28,110 bases of DNA from positions 1 to 28,110 of the forward strand of contig CAVVTZ010000004.1 of assembly GCA_963751275.1 (NCBI GenBank). Direction: 5' to 3'. Origin of the DNA: an uncultured Gemmatimonadaceae bacterium. GTDB taxonomy: Bacteria; Gemmatimonadota; Gemmatimonadetes; Gemmatimonadales; Gemmatimonadaceae. A model generated the notes under the pieces. That model was not told the origin of the DNA and ran no database searches. It saw only the letters and a program-made list of their open reading frames with translations. Below are positions 13,172 through 21,784 of the stretch, one piece after another. The translations under genes were made by a program, and so were the position numbers. Every line of letters begins with the position of its first letter. Within the stretch, counting starts at the first letter, position 1.

Positions 13172-14049
13172 CCGCCGCGCCGCCGCGCTCCTGCTGCTCG
13201 CTGCCGTCGCCTGCCATTCACGCGGCGACGCGGCCGCGACCGCACTCGCCGATGATTTCGGCGCGACGATCCCGCGCGGCTCGGCGGGCCATCCCGCGCG
13301 CATCGTGTCGCTCAGCCCGGCCACCACGGAACTGCTCTTCGCCCTCGGCGCCGGCTCGCGCGTCGTGGGGCGCACCACCTGGGACACGTATCCCGCCGAG
13401 GCGCGCGCCGTGCCGGATGTCGGTGCCGGGCTCCGCCCGAACGTCGAAGCGGTGCTCGCGCGGCAGCCGGACCTCGTGGTGCTCTACGCGAGCGCCGACA
13501 ATCGCGCCGCCGACGCGCAGCTCCGCGCCGCCGGCATCCCGGTGATCGCGCTCAAGATCGACCGCATCGCGGCGTTCCGTCGCGCGGCGCTGCTGCTCGG
13601 CGTCGCAACCGGCGACAGCGCGCGCGCGGCCGCGGTGGTGGACTCCGTGGACCGCACGCTCGAGCGAGTGCGCGCGGCCACGAGCGGCCTCGAGAAGCCC
13701 ACGGTCTTCTGGCACGTGTGGGACGCGCCCATCTACACGATCGGCGCCGGCAGCTATCTCGATGAGCTCCTCGTGATCGCCGGCGCGAAGAACGTGTACG
13801 GCAACATCGCCGCGCCGTCGCCGCAGGTGTCGCTCGAGGACATCGTGCAGCGCGATCCGCATTACATCCTGGCGGGCCCCGAGGGCGCCGCGCGCATCCG
13901 CGCGAGCGCGGCGTGGCAGGGCGTGCGCGCGGTGCGCGAACATTGCGTGCTCGTGGTGGACACGATGCTCGTCGGCCGCCCCTCCGTGCGGCTCGGCGAA
14001 GCGGCGATGAGCCTCGCGAAGCTGCTGCATCCCGGCGTCATCGCAGTGA
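13164..14049 (+). CDS. btuF: Cobalamin ABC transporter periplasmic binding lipoprotein (BtuF-like); stop probably masked by a +1 insertion near 14043
   Basis: TTG start 9 nt after GGAGG; lipobox-like AVAC; RIVSLSPATTELLFALG, PNVEAVLARQPDLV and GAGSYLDEL. GTGA at 14046-14049 is the probable real junction. Confidence 0.85.
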
Positions 14050-15024
14050 CCCGCGCGGGCTGGTGGATCGCGGCGGCCGCCGCGCTCGCGCTCCTCGCGC
14101 TCCTCGCGATCTCGTACGGCTCGGTGGCGCTCCCGATCGGCGACGTCGCGCGCGCGCTCGCAGGGCGGGGCGACGCGGAGACCTTGTCGATCGTGCGCGA
14201 CCTGCGGCTGCCGCGCGTGGTGCTCGCGCTGCTCGTGGGCGCGGGACTCGGCATGGCCGGCGCGGCGCTCCAGGGTTCGCTGCGCAACGCGCTTGCGGAG
14301 CCCTATCTGCTCGGGGTCTCGGGCGGCGCGGCGGTGGGGGCGGTGATCGCGGTGGCGGCTGGCTTCAGCGGTGCGGGGGCGCTGCCGCTCGCGGCCTTCG
14401 CCGGCGCCGCGATGGCGATCGGCGCCGCGCTCCTCGTCTCGCGTGCGGCGGGCGGCCGCGCGGATGCGCGCGCGCTGCTCATGGCCGGCGTGATCATCGG
14501 CGCGTTCGCGAATGCGGCGATCATGGCGCTGCTGGCCGACGCGCCGCCGAACACCGTGCGCGGCGCGCTCTGGTGGATGATGGGCTCCGTGGCCGACGCC
14601 GACTGGCCGCGCGTGCGTGTGGCTCTTCGTCTACGTGGCAGTCGCCGGCGCCGCGCTGGTCTGGTTCGCGCGCGACATCGATGTGCTCGCACTCGGCGAA
14701 GAGCCCGCCGCCGGACTCGGCGTGGACGTCGACCGCGCGGGCCGCCGCATCTATCTCGTGAGTTCGCTGCTTGCGGCCGCGACCGTGGCCGCCGCCGGGC
14801 TCGTTGGCTTCGTCGGGCTGGTGGTGCCGCATCTCGTTCGTGGTGCGGGCGTGCGAAGCCACCGGCCGCTGATCCTCGGCGCGGCGCTCGCCGGCGCGGC
14901 GCTCGTGGTCGCCGCCGACCTCGCCGCGCGCACCGTGCGCGCCCCGGCCGAACTCCCGCTCGGCGCCGTGACCGCGCTCATTGGGGTGCCCTTCTTCCTC
15001 CTGCAGCTCCGGCGGTTCGCATGA
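14046..15024 (+). CDS. btuC: FecCD/BtuC family ABC permease; +1 frameshift near 14616
   Basis: LRLPRVVLA, LQGSLRNALAEPYLLGVSGGA, LALGEEPAAGLGV, GFVGLVVPH and ELPLGAVTALIGVPFF. Confidence 0.9.
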
Positions 15025-15812
15025 TCGCCTTCGAGCACGCCGTCATCCGCTATCCACGGGCGCGCGCCAACGCGGTGGACGATGTCACCTTCCGCGCGCT
15101 CGCCGGTGCGCTCACGGCGGTATGCGGCCCCAACGGCAGCGGCAAGAGCACGCTGATCCGAGCGTTGCTGCGCCTCGAGCCGCTCGCCGGCGGCAGCGTG
15201 CGCATCGAAGGGGAGCCGCTCGAACGTTTCGACCGCCGCGCCCTCGCGCGCCGCGTCGCGATCGTGCCGCAGCGCGAGGCGCTCGTCTTTCCTCTTCTGG
15301 TGCGCGAGTACGTGGCATTCGGCCGCTATCCGCACGAGGGGCCGTGGCGCGCCGCCGCCGCGGAGGACGAGGCCGCCATCGACCGCGCGCTCGCGCTCGC
15401 GGGCGTCTCGGAGTTCGCGTCGCGGAGCACGCTCGAGCTCTCGGGCGGCGAATGGCAGCGGGTGCGCATCGCGCGCGCCCTCGCGCAGGGCGGTCGCGCC
15501 ATCGTGCTCGACGAGCCCACTACCTTCCTCGACGTGGCGCACGAGATGGCGATGTTCGAACTCTTCTCCCGCCTCGCGCGCGACGGCATGGCCGTGCTGC
15601 TCGTGAGCCACCAGCTCAATCTCGTCGCGCGCTTCGCCGACCTGATCGTGCTCCTGCACCACGGGCAGGTCGCCGCCGCCGGCGCGCCCGCCGCGGTCAT
15701 GCGCGGCGATGTTCTGGAACGGGTCTACGATTGGCCGCTCGTCATCACCCGCGATCCCGCGGTCGGCGCTCCGGCGCTCGTGCCGCTCCGCCGTCCGCCC
15801 ACGCATTCCTGA
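15021..15812 (+). CDS. btuD: Cobalamin/siderophore-type ABC transporter ATP-binding protein
   Basis: Walker A GPNGSGKST, signature LSGGEWQR, Walker B IVLDEPT and H-loop VSHQLN. Confidence 0.92.
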   Translation: MIAFEHAVIRYPRARANAVDDVTFRALAGALTAVCGPNGSGKSTLIRALLRLEPLAGGSVRIEGEPLERFDRRALARRVAIVPQREALVFPLLVREYVAFGRYPHEGPWRAAAAEDEAAIDRALALAGVSEFASRSTLELSGGEWQRVRIARALAQGGRAIVLDEPTTFLDVAHEMAMFELFSRLARDGMAVLLVSHQLNLVARFADLIVLLHHGQVAAAGAPAAVMRGDVLERVYDWPLVITRDPAVGAPALVPLRRPPTHS

Positions 15813-15827
15813 TCAAGTGAGCATCCT

Positions 15828-17798
15828 GTGACCCGTCGCCCCATCGCCGTCGCGTTCCTGCTCGTGATCCCCACCGCCGTGGCGGCCGCCCAGAACAGCG
15901 TGCTCAATCCGCCGTCGAAGGACACCGCGGTCCTTCGCCCGGTGGTCGTCACGGCCACGCGCGATTCCGTGACCCAGGTCGCGCCCACGGCCGCCACCAC
16001 CGTGATATCGGGCGAGCAGTTGCGCGCAGAGGGGATCATCAGCGTGGCACAGGCGCTGAGCGTCATCTCGAGCATGACCACGGTGCAGGCGGGATCCTTC
16101 GGCGCCACCACCTCGCTCTTCACGCGCGGCGGCCAGAGCAACTACACGCTGCTCATGATCGACGGATCCCCGGTGAACGATCCGGGCGGCTTCCTCGATC
16201 TCGCGAACCTCACCACCGACGACATCGACCGGATCGAGATCGTGCGCGGCCCCGGCAGCGTGCTCTACGGATCCAACGCGATCAGCGGCGTCATCCAGAT
16301 CTTCACGCGGCGGCGCGCGGGCGCCGATTTCGCGAACGTCGTCGCGAGCGGCGGCAGCTACGGCACGCGCGACTACGAGATCGGCGGCGGCTTCGGCAAG
16401 GAGGCGGCGGCGATCACGCTGGATGCGTCGCGCGCCAATACGAACGGCATCTACGCCTTCAACAACTCGGCGTCGAACGACGTCTACAGCGGCCTCATCC
16501 ACTTCGGCAGCGCGGGCAGCGCGCACCTCGATGTCTCGGGCCGCCAGATGCGGTCGGTCTACAACTTCCCCACGGATTTCACCGGCGCGCAGGTGGACAG
16601 CAGCCAGTGGACGAACAGCCGCCTCACCGTCGCGTCCGTGGATGGCGGCTTCTACATGGGGAAGAAGGTCGAGTTCCGCGTGCTCGCCGCCGGCACGGAG
16701 AACCAGAGCACGTCGCAGAATCTCCAGGACAACGCGGGCGACACGCTCGGGTTCTACTATGTGGATCCCAGCACCACCAAGCAGTGGAGCGTCGACGCGC
16801 GCCTCGCCATCCATGCGAACGCCTCCACCGCGATCACGCTCGGCGGCCAGTACGACGACCAGCAGATCAAGAGCTTCGACTCCAGCTTCTCGGCGGGCTT
16901 CACCGACACGTCGTCGTTCGCGCACTCGCGCACGAACACCGCCTACTACGCGAACGCCACGGGCGACATTGGGTCGAAGTTCACGTACGATGCGGGCATC
17001 CGGATCACCAACAGCGATCTCTTCGGCACCTTCACGAGCTACCGCGTCGGCGCCGGCTATGTGCTCACGCCCAAGACGCTCGTGCGCGGTTCCATCGGCA
17101 GCGCCTTCAACGAACCGTCGTTCCTCGAGCAGTACTCCACGGGCTTCACCACGGGCAATCCGGACCTCAAGCCCGAGACCGGCACCTCCTGGGAGATCGG
17201 CCTGCAGCAGTCGATCTCGAGCGGGAAGGGCGTGATCGGCGTGACGTACTTCTCGCAGCACTTCACCGACATGATCCAGTACGATCCCGGCGTGCCGCCC
17301 GGCGATCCGAACTTCGAGAACATCGCGAAGGCCGACGCCAGCGGCATCGAGGCGGAGCTGCGGCTCGCGGTCTCGCAGGCGTGGTTCCTCGACTTCGCCT
17401 ACACCTGGCTCGACACGAAGGTCGTGAGCGCGCTCTCGAGCGGCGATCCGGGCGCGACGCTCATCGCCGGCGACGCGCTGCTGCGCCGCCCGTCGAACGC
17501 CGGCAACGTGGGTCTCACGTACTACCTGGCGAAGAAGCTCACCTTCAACATGCAGGGCGTATACGTCGGCAGCCGCGCGGATGTGAACTACAGCACCGAC
17601 GAGCGCGTCACGCTGCCGTCGTACGTGCTCATGAACGCGTCGCTGATGCTCACGCTCAAGGCCGACAACGAAGGCCGCTTCGCCGCGGTCACCGCCCGCG
17701 CGACCAACCTCTTCAATCACGGCTACGAGCAGACGGTCGGCTTTGCCGCGCCCGGCCGCACGCTCATGGTCGGGATTCGCCTCGGAGTAGGATACTGA
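15828..17798 (+). CDS. btuB: TonB-dependent receptor, probably for vitamin B12 (BtuB-like)
   Basis: Signal peptide, TonB box VVVTATR, plug motif IDRIEIVRGPGSVLYGSNAISGVIQI, GNPDLKPE, NLFN...GRT and a C-terminal aromatic residue. It is in the B12-riboswitch operon. Confidence 0.9.
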   Translation: MTRRPIAVAFLLVIPTAVAAAQNSVLNPPSKDTAVLRPVVVTATRDSVTQVAPTAATTVISGEQLRAEGIISVAQALSVISSMTTVQAGSFGATTSLFTRGGQSNYTLLMIDGSPVNDPGGFLDLANLTTDDIDRIEIVRGPGSVLYGSNAISGVIQIFTRRRAGADFANVVASGGSYGTRDYEIGGGFGKEAAAITLDASRANTNGIYAFNNSASNDVYSGLIHFGSAGSAHLDVSGRQMRSVYNFPTDFTGAQVDSSQWTNSRLTVASVDGGFYMGKKVEFRVLAAGTENQSTSQNLQDNAGDTLGFYYVDPSTTKQWSVDARLAIHANASTAITLGGQYDDQQIKSFDSSFSAGFTDTSSFAHSRTNTAYYANATGDIGSKFTYDAGIRITNSDLFGTFTSYRVGAGYVLTPKTLVRGSIGSAFNEPSFLEQYSTGFTTGNPDLKPETGTSWEIGLQQSISSGKGVIGVTYFSQHFTDMIQYDPGVPPGDPNFENIAKADASGIEAELRLAVSQAWFLDFAYTWLDTKVVSALSSGDPGATLIAGDALLRRPSNAGNVGLTYYLAKKLTFNMQGVYVGSRADVNYSTDERVTLPSYVLMNASLMLTLKADNEGRFAAVTARATNLFNHGYEQTVGFAAPGRTLMVGIRLGVGY

Positions 17799-17807
17799 GA
17801 ACGGCTC

Positions 17808-18013
17808 AACGACTTTCAACGAATGGCAGCGCGAAAACCGGCGAATGCGGCGAATCGCTCCGAGTACGCGATGAATGCCGCGAGTGCGGGCAGGCGCTGA
17901 AATTGTTGTTAACAACAATTCCTCGGCTCGCAAACACTCTCGAGGCCATTCGCGCTCATGGAGCGATTCGCCGCATTCGCTCGTTTTCGCGCTGTCATTC
18001 GTTCAAAGTCGTT
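17808..18013. repeat. 206-bp gapless imperfect palindrome centred on 17910/17911 with perfect core AATTGTTGTTAACAACAATT
   Basis: Manual ungapped alignment of the left arm to the reverse complement of the right arm gives 50/54 in the outer part, 18/39 in the middle and 10/10 in the inner part. Confidence 0.95.
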
Positions 18014-18069
18014 AGGCAGTTGCCGTAAGTGCCCTGCGGACAGCGCGCTGAGGCCACTATCTTTCGCAG

Positions 18070-18834
18070 ATGCCCCTCGTCGAGACCGACGCGATCGTCT
18101 TGCACGCTTTCAATTATTCCGAGACGAGCCGCATTCTCCGGCTCGCCACGCGCGATGCCGGCGTGCAGTCCGTGCTCGCGCGCGGTGCCCGGCGCGCCAA
18201 GAGCCGCTTCGGCAGCGCGGTGGACCTCTTCGCGCAGGGGCACGCCGAACTGCATCTCCGTGAAGGGCGCGATCTCCAGACCCTGAGCGCCTTCGATGTC
18301 ACCACCGCGCGCGCCACGATCGCCGAGGACCTCGGCCGCTTCACCGGCGCCAGCGCCGTGGCCGAGATCGTGCTGCGCTTCGCGGCCGCCGACGAGTCGC
18401 ATGCCGCGCTCTTCGATGTCCTCAGCGCCGCGCTCGACCGCATTGCGCTCGCGCCGGCCGAGCAGGCGGGGGAAGCGGCGCTCGGCGGCGCCTGGAGCCT
18501 GCTCGCCGAGCTCGGCTTCGCGCCGCAGCTCGCCGAGTGCAGCGCGTGCCACACGCCGCTGGATCCCGCCGCCACGGTCGCCTTCCACCACGCCCTCGGC
18601 GGCGCACTCTGCGCCGCGTGCGCCGCGCGCCACCCCGGCGGACGCACGCTGCCCGCCGCTGATCGGGCGCGCATCGCCGCGTGGACGGAAGGCGCGAGCG
18701 TGGACGCGCTCACGCCGCGCGAGGCGCAGGCGCACCAGCGGCTGCTCCGCGAATTCCTCGAGTATCACCTCTCGGACAATCGCTCCTTGCGCGCCTTCGC
18801 CGCGTGGGAGCATGGTCACTGGGACGCGCTGTGA
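18070..18834 (+). CDS. recO: DNA repair protein RecO
   Basis: [28 protein letters not shown] and the Zn-finger CSAC...CAAC. Confidence 0.95.
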   Translation: MPLVETDAIVLHAFNYSETSRILRLATRDAGVQSVLARGARRAKSRFGSAVDLFAQGHAELHLREGRDLQTLSAFDVTTARATIAEDLGRFTGASAVAEIVLRFAAADESHAALFDVLSAALDRIALAPAEQAGEAALGGAWSLLAELGFAPQLAECSACHTPLDPAATVAFHHALGGALCAACAARHPGGRTLPAADRARIAAWTEGASVDALTPREAQAHQRLLREFLEYHLSDNRSLRAFAAWEHGHWDAL

Positions 18835-20670
18835 TCCTCGGCACCGCCGGCCACGTCGATCACGGCAAGACCGCGCTCGTGAAGGCGCTCACCGGCGTCG
18901 ACACCGACCGCCTCGCCGAGGAGAAGCGCCGCGGGATCACGATCGAGTTGGGCTTCGCGCCGCTCGTGATCGGCGATCTCACGCTGGGCGTCGTGGACGT
19001 GCCCGGCCACGAGGCTTTCGTGCGCAACATGCTCGCCGGCGCCACCGGTGTGGACCTCGCGCTGCTCGTCGTCGCCGCCGACGAGGGCGTGATGCCGCAG
19101 ACGCGCGAGCATTCTCGCGATCCTCTCGCTGCTCGGCATCCGTGGCGGCGTCATCGCGCTCACGAAGTGCGATCTCGGCGACGCCGACTGGCGCGCGCTC
19201 GTGGCCGAGGATGTGCGCGCGGCGGTGCAGGGAACTCCGCTCGCCGGCGCGCCCGTGATCGCCACCTCCGTCGTGAGCGGCGAGGGCCTCGATGCGCTGC
19301 GCACCGCGATCACCTCGGCAGCTTCGGCGCTGCCCGCGCGCGACCCCGCCGATCTCTTCCGCCTGCCGGTGGACCGCGCCTTCACGGTGAAGGGCACCGG
19401 CACGGTCGTCACCGGCACCGTCTGGAGCGGCGCAATTTCCCGCGAAGACACGGTGCGCGTGCTCCCGCTCGGCCGCGACGCCCGGGTGCGCGGCATCGAG
19501 ATGCACGGCCACGCCGCCGAGCGCGCCCTCCCCGGCTCACGCGCCGCGATCGCGCTCTCCGGCGTCGAGGTCTCCGACGTCTCGCGCGGCGTGACGCTCG
19601 TCGCCGGCGCCGGCTGGACGGCCGCGCGCGTGCTGCTCGCCGAGGTCGCGCTGCTCGAGAGCGCGCCGCGTGCGCTCGGCCCGCGCACCGCCGTGCGCTT
19701 CCATCTCGGCACGCAGGACCTGGGCGCGCGCGTCGTCTGCCCGGGGGGAAAACTCGCCTCGGGCGCCTCGGCGCAAGCGCGCATCGCGCTCGATCACCCG
19801 GTGGTCGCGCGCGCGGGGGACCGTTTCGTGCTGCGCGGCGGTTCGCCGCTCACCACCATCGGTGGCGGCATCGTGAACGACCCCGCGCCGCCGGGCCGCC
19901 GCGCGCGTCCATGGCCGGCGAGCGCCGTCACGCCAGCCGCGCGCCTCGAGCGCTCGCTCGAGAACGCCGGCGCCCGCGGCGTGCCGGTGAACGAACTCGC
20001 CCTGCGCACCGGCGCGACGCCCGCCGCCGCCGCGCAACTCGCCACGCAGCTCGGCGCCGCCGCGATCGAGATCTCCGGAACGCTCTACCCGGCGGCCGTT
20101 CTCGACGACCTCGATCGGCGTCTTCTCGCGCTCGTCGACGCGCACCAGGCGAAATTCCCGCTCGACAGCGGCGCGCAGCTCCAGTCGATCCGCGCCAAGC
20201 TCGCCGCCCCGGATGGCCTCGTGGACCACGCCGTGAACCGCCTCACCCTCGACGGCACCCTCGAACTCGACGCCGCCCTCATCCGCCGCACCGGCTACCG
20301 CCCCAAACTGGATGACGCGCAGTCGATGCGCCGCCAGGAGCTCCTCGCCGCACTACAGGCCGCCGGCCGCGAGCCACCCAGCGTCGCCGAGCTGGAAGCG
20401 AAGCTGGGGAAGGGCGTCGCCCCCCTCCTGCGCATGCTCGATCGCGAGGGCGCCGTGATCGCCGTGGAACCCGACCGCTACTACGCGAAGGAGGCGGTCG
20501 AGGCGCTCATTGGCCAGCTGCGCAGCAGCCTGGCGCCGAGCAAGGTTTACCCGCCCAGCGACCTTCGCACCCTCCTTGGGGTCTCAAGGAAGTACCTCAT
20601 CCCATTGCTTGAGTACCTCGACCGCACCGGAGTGACCCGACGGCACCCGGATGGTCGTCAGTTGGTATAG
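18831..20670 (+). CDS. selB: Selenocysteine-specific elongation factor SelB; +1 frameshift near 19112
   Basis: [49 protein letters not shown] and the C-terminal winged-helix motif [13 protein letters not shown]. Confidence 0.95.
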
Positions 20671-20672
20671 CA

Positions 20673-20703
20673 GTCTAACGTCCAAGTCTAACGTCTAAGT
20701 CTG
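20673..20703 (+). repeat. Short tandem GTCTAA(C)-like repeat
   Basis: GTCTAAC-GTCCAA-GTCTAAC-GTCTAA-GTCTG immediately after the selB stop. Confidence 0.8.
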
Positions 20704-20710
20704 CATTTTC

Positions 20711-20739
20711 TTGACCTTTCCCTCGCCCGAAACTATGTT
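20711..20739 (+). promoter_or_regulatory. Sigma70-type promoter
   Basis: TTGACC (20711-20716), a 17-nt spacer, then TATGTT (20734-20739). Confidence 0.65.
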
Positions 20740-20808
20740 CGCCGCCAACCATCCCCTGTGGCGCGGAGCCAAATAAACGTCCCTCCCCCGTCAGTCCGGA
20801 GAAGGCAC

Positions 20809-21285
20809 ATGAAGGTCCGTTGGGCCGCACTGCTGTTCGTGCTCGCCCTCGGTGTGCTCACGCCGGGGAGAGCGACGGCCCAGGCGACCCCGGTCACTCC
20901 GCCGGCCGCGCCGGCTCCGCCTCCCCCGCCGCGCAGCCCCGGGTTCGAGCTCGGGCAGAACAGCCCGAATCCATTCACGCAATCGACCGTCATCCCGTTC
21001 ACTCTCGGTGACCCGCCCGCCTGCACGGACGGCGGCCGCGAGTACACGGTGACGCTGCGCATCTTCAACGTGCTCGCGCAGCTCATGGCGATCCCGGTGC
21101 TGCAGACGGGCGAATTCGCGAACGGCAACGCCGTCGTCGGACTCGGCCTTCGCTGCGGCAACTACATCGCGTTCTGGAACGGTTACTACCTCAACACCAC
21201 GCAGCCCGTGCCGCCGGGCGTGTACCTCTACCGCATCGAGGTGGACGGACGCGCGACGGCTCGCAAGATGGTCGTGGTGCGGTAG
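20809..21285 (+). CDS. Secreted protein consisting mainly of a FlgD-Ig / T9SS type-A CTD-like domain
   Basis: GGAGAAGG lies before ATG 20809. A signal peptide (..ATA-Q) and a Pro-rich linker are followed by LGQNSPNPF...LRIFNVL...WNG...PPGVYLYRIEVDG...RKMVVVR. Confidence 0.75.
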   Translation: MKVRWAALLFVLALGVLTPGRATAQATPVTPPAAPAPPPPPRSPGFELGQNSPNPFTQSTVIPFTLGDPPACTDGGREYTVTLRIFNVLAQLMAIPVLQTGEFANGNAVVGLGLRCGNYIAFWNGYYLNTTQPVPPGVYLYRIEVDGRATARKMVVVR

Positions 21286-21591
21286 CTACTTCACCCCGAC
21301 CCCTGCGTCCACGAGCTTCCAGAGCGATTCAGCTCGTGCGGGTTGCGCCGCCAGCGCCCGGGCCGCGGTATCGAGCTGTTCGGGGGTCAGGTGATACCGC
21401 TGGAGGATCAGACGGCGCGTGGAATCGCGCAGCATGTCATCCATCGTCGTGTCGGACGCGACCTTCCGCAGCTCGATCATGCTGTGAACGAACACGGAAT
21501 CGCTCATTCCGAGCCGCGCCTTCTTCTCCGTGGGCGGGCATGCCATGAGCAATACCCCGACACCGATCGCCGCCGCAGAGCGTAGATTCAT
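21286..21591 (-). CDS. Small helical lipoprotein (possibly DUF4296-like)
   Basis: Lipobox LLMA-C, a helical body and its own promoter. Its stop abuts the stop of the convergent gene (TAG|CTA). Confidence 0.7.
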   Translation of the reverse strand: MNLRSAAAIGVGVLLMACPPTEKKARLGMSDSVFVHSMIELRKVASDTTMDDMLRDSTRRLILQRYHLTPEQLDTAARALAAQPARAESLWKLVDAGVGVK

Positions 21592-21597
21592 GCGCGA

Positions 21598-21626
21598 AGG
21601 CTAGAGGGCGCACAGGAGTTGGTCAA
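21598..21626 (-). promoter_or_regulatory. Sigma70-type promoter giving a probably leaderless mRNA
   Basis: The minus strand reads TTGACC, 17 nt, TAGCCT, 6 nt, ATG. Confidence 0.65.
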
Positions 21627-21720
21627 TTCTGCGACCCCAACGAGCGCGCTGCGCTCCAACGTCTAACGTTGAAGTGTCCGTCGCTCTGCCGAGCGCCGAG
21701 CGCCGATGTCGTCCGTTCCG

Positions 21721-21744
21721 TAAGTTAAGCGCTATATTGACTTA
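21721..21744. promoter_or_regulatory. Inverted repeat upstream of clpB (candidate operator)
   Basis: TAAGTTAA-N8-TTGACTTA (7/8 symmetric) in an AT-rich patch 40 nt upstream of the clpB start. Confidence 0.45.
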
Positions 21745-21784
21745 GCCCCTACCTGATAAACCAGCTTCGGAGATGCACTAGATC

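Noticed and set aside
17808..18013. Palindrome as a simple terminator or a read fold-back artefact
   Set aside because: It is much too long for a terminator and lacks a U-tract. The arms differ at 25 of 103 positions by substitutions only, clustered in the middle, unlike the indel-type errors elsewhere in the window.
17958..18286. Small ORFs overlapping the palindrome and the recO start
   Set aside because: They have no motifs, overlap recO and show no start signals.
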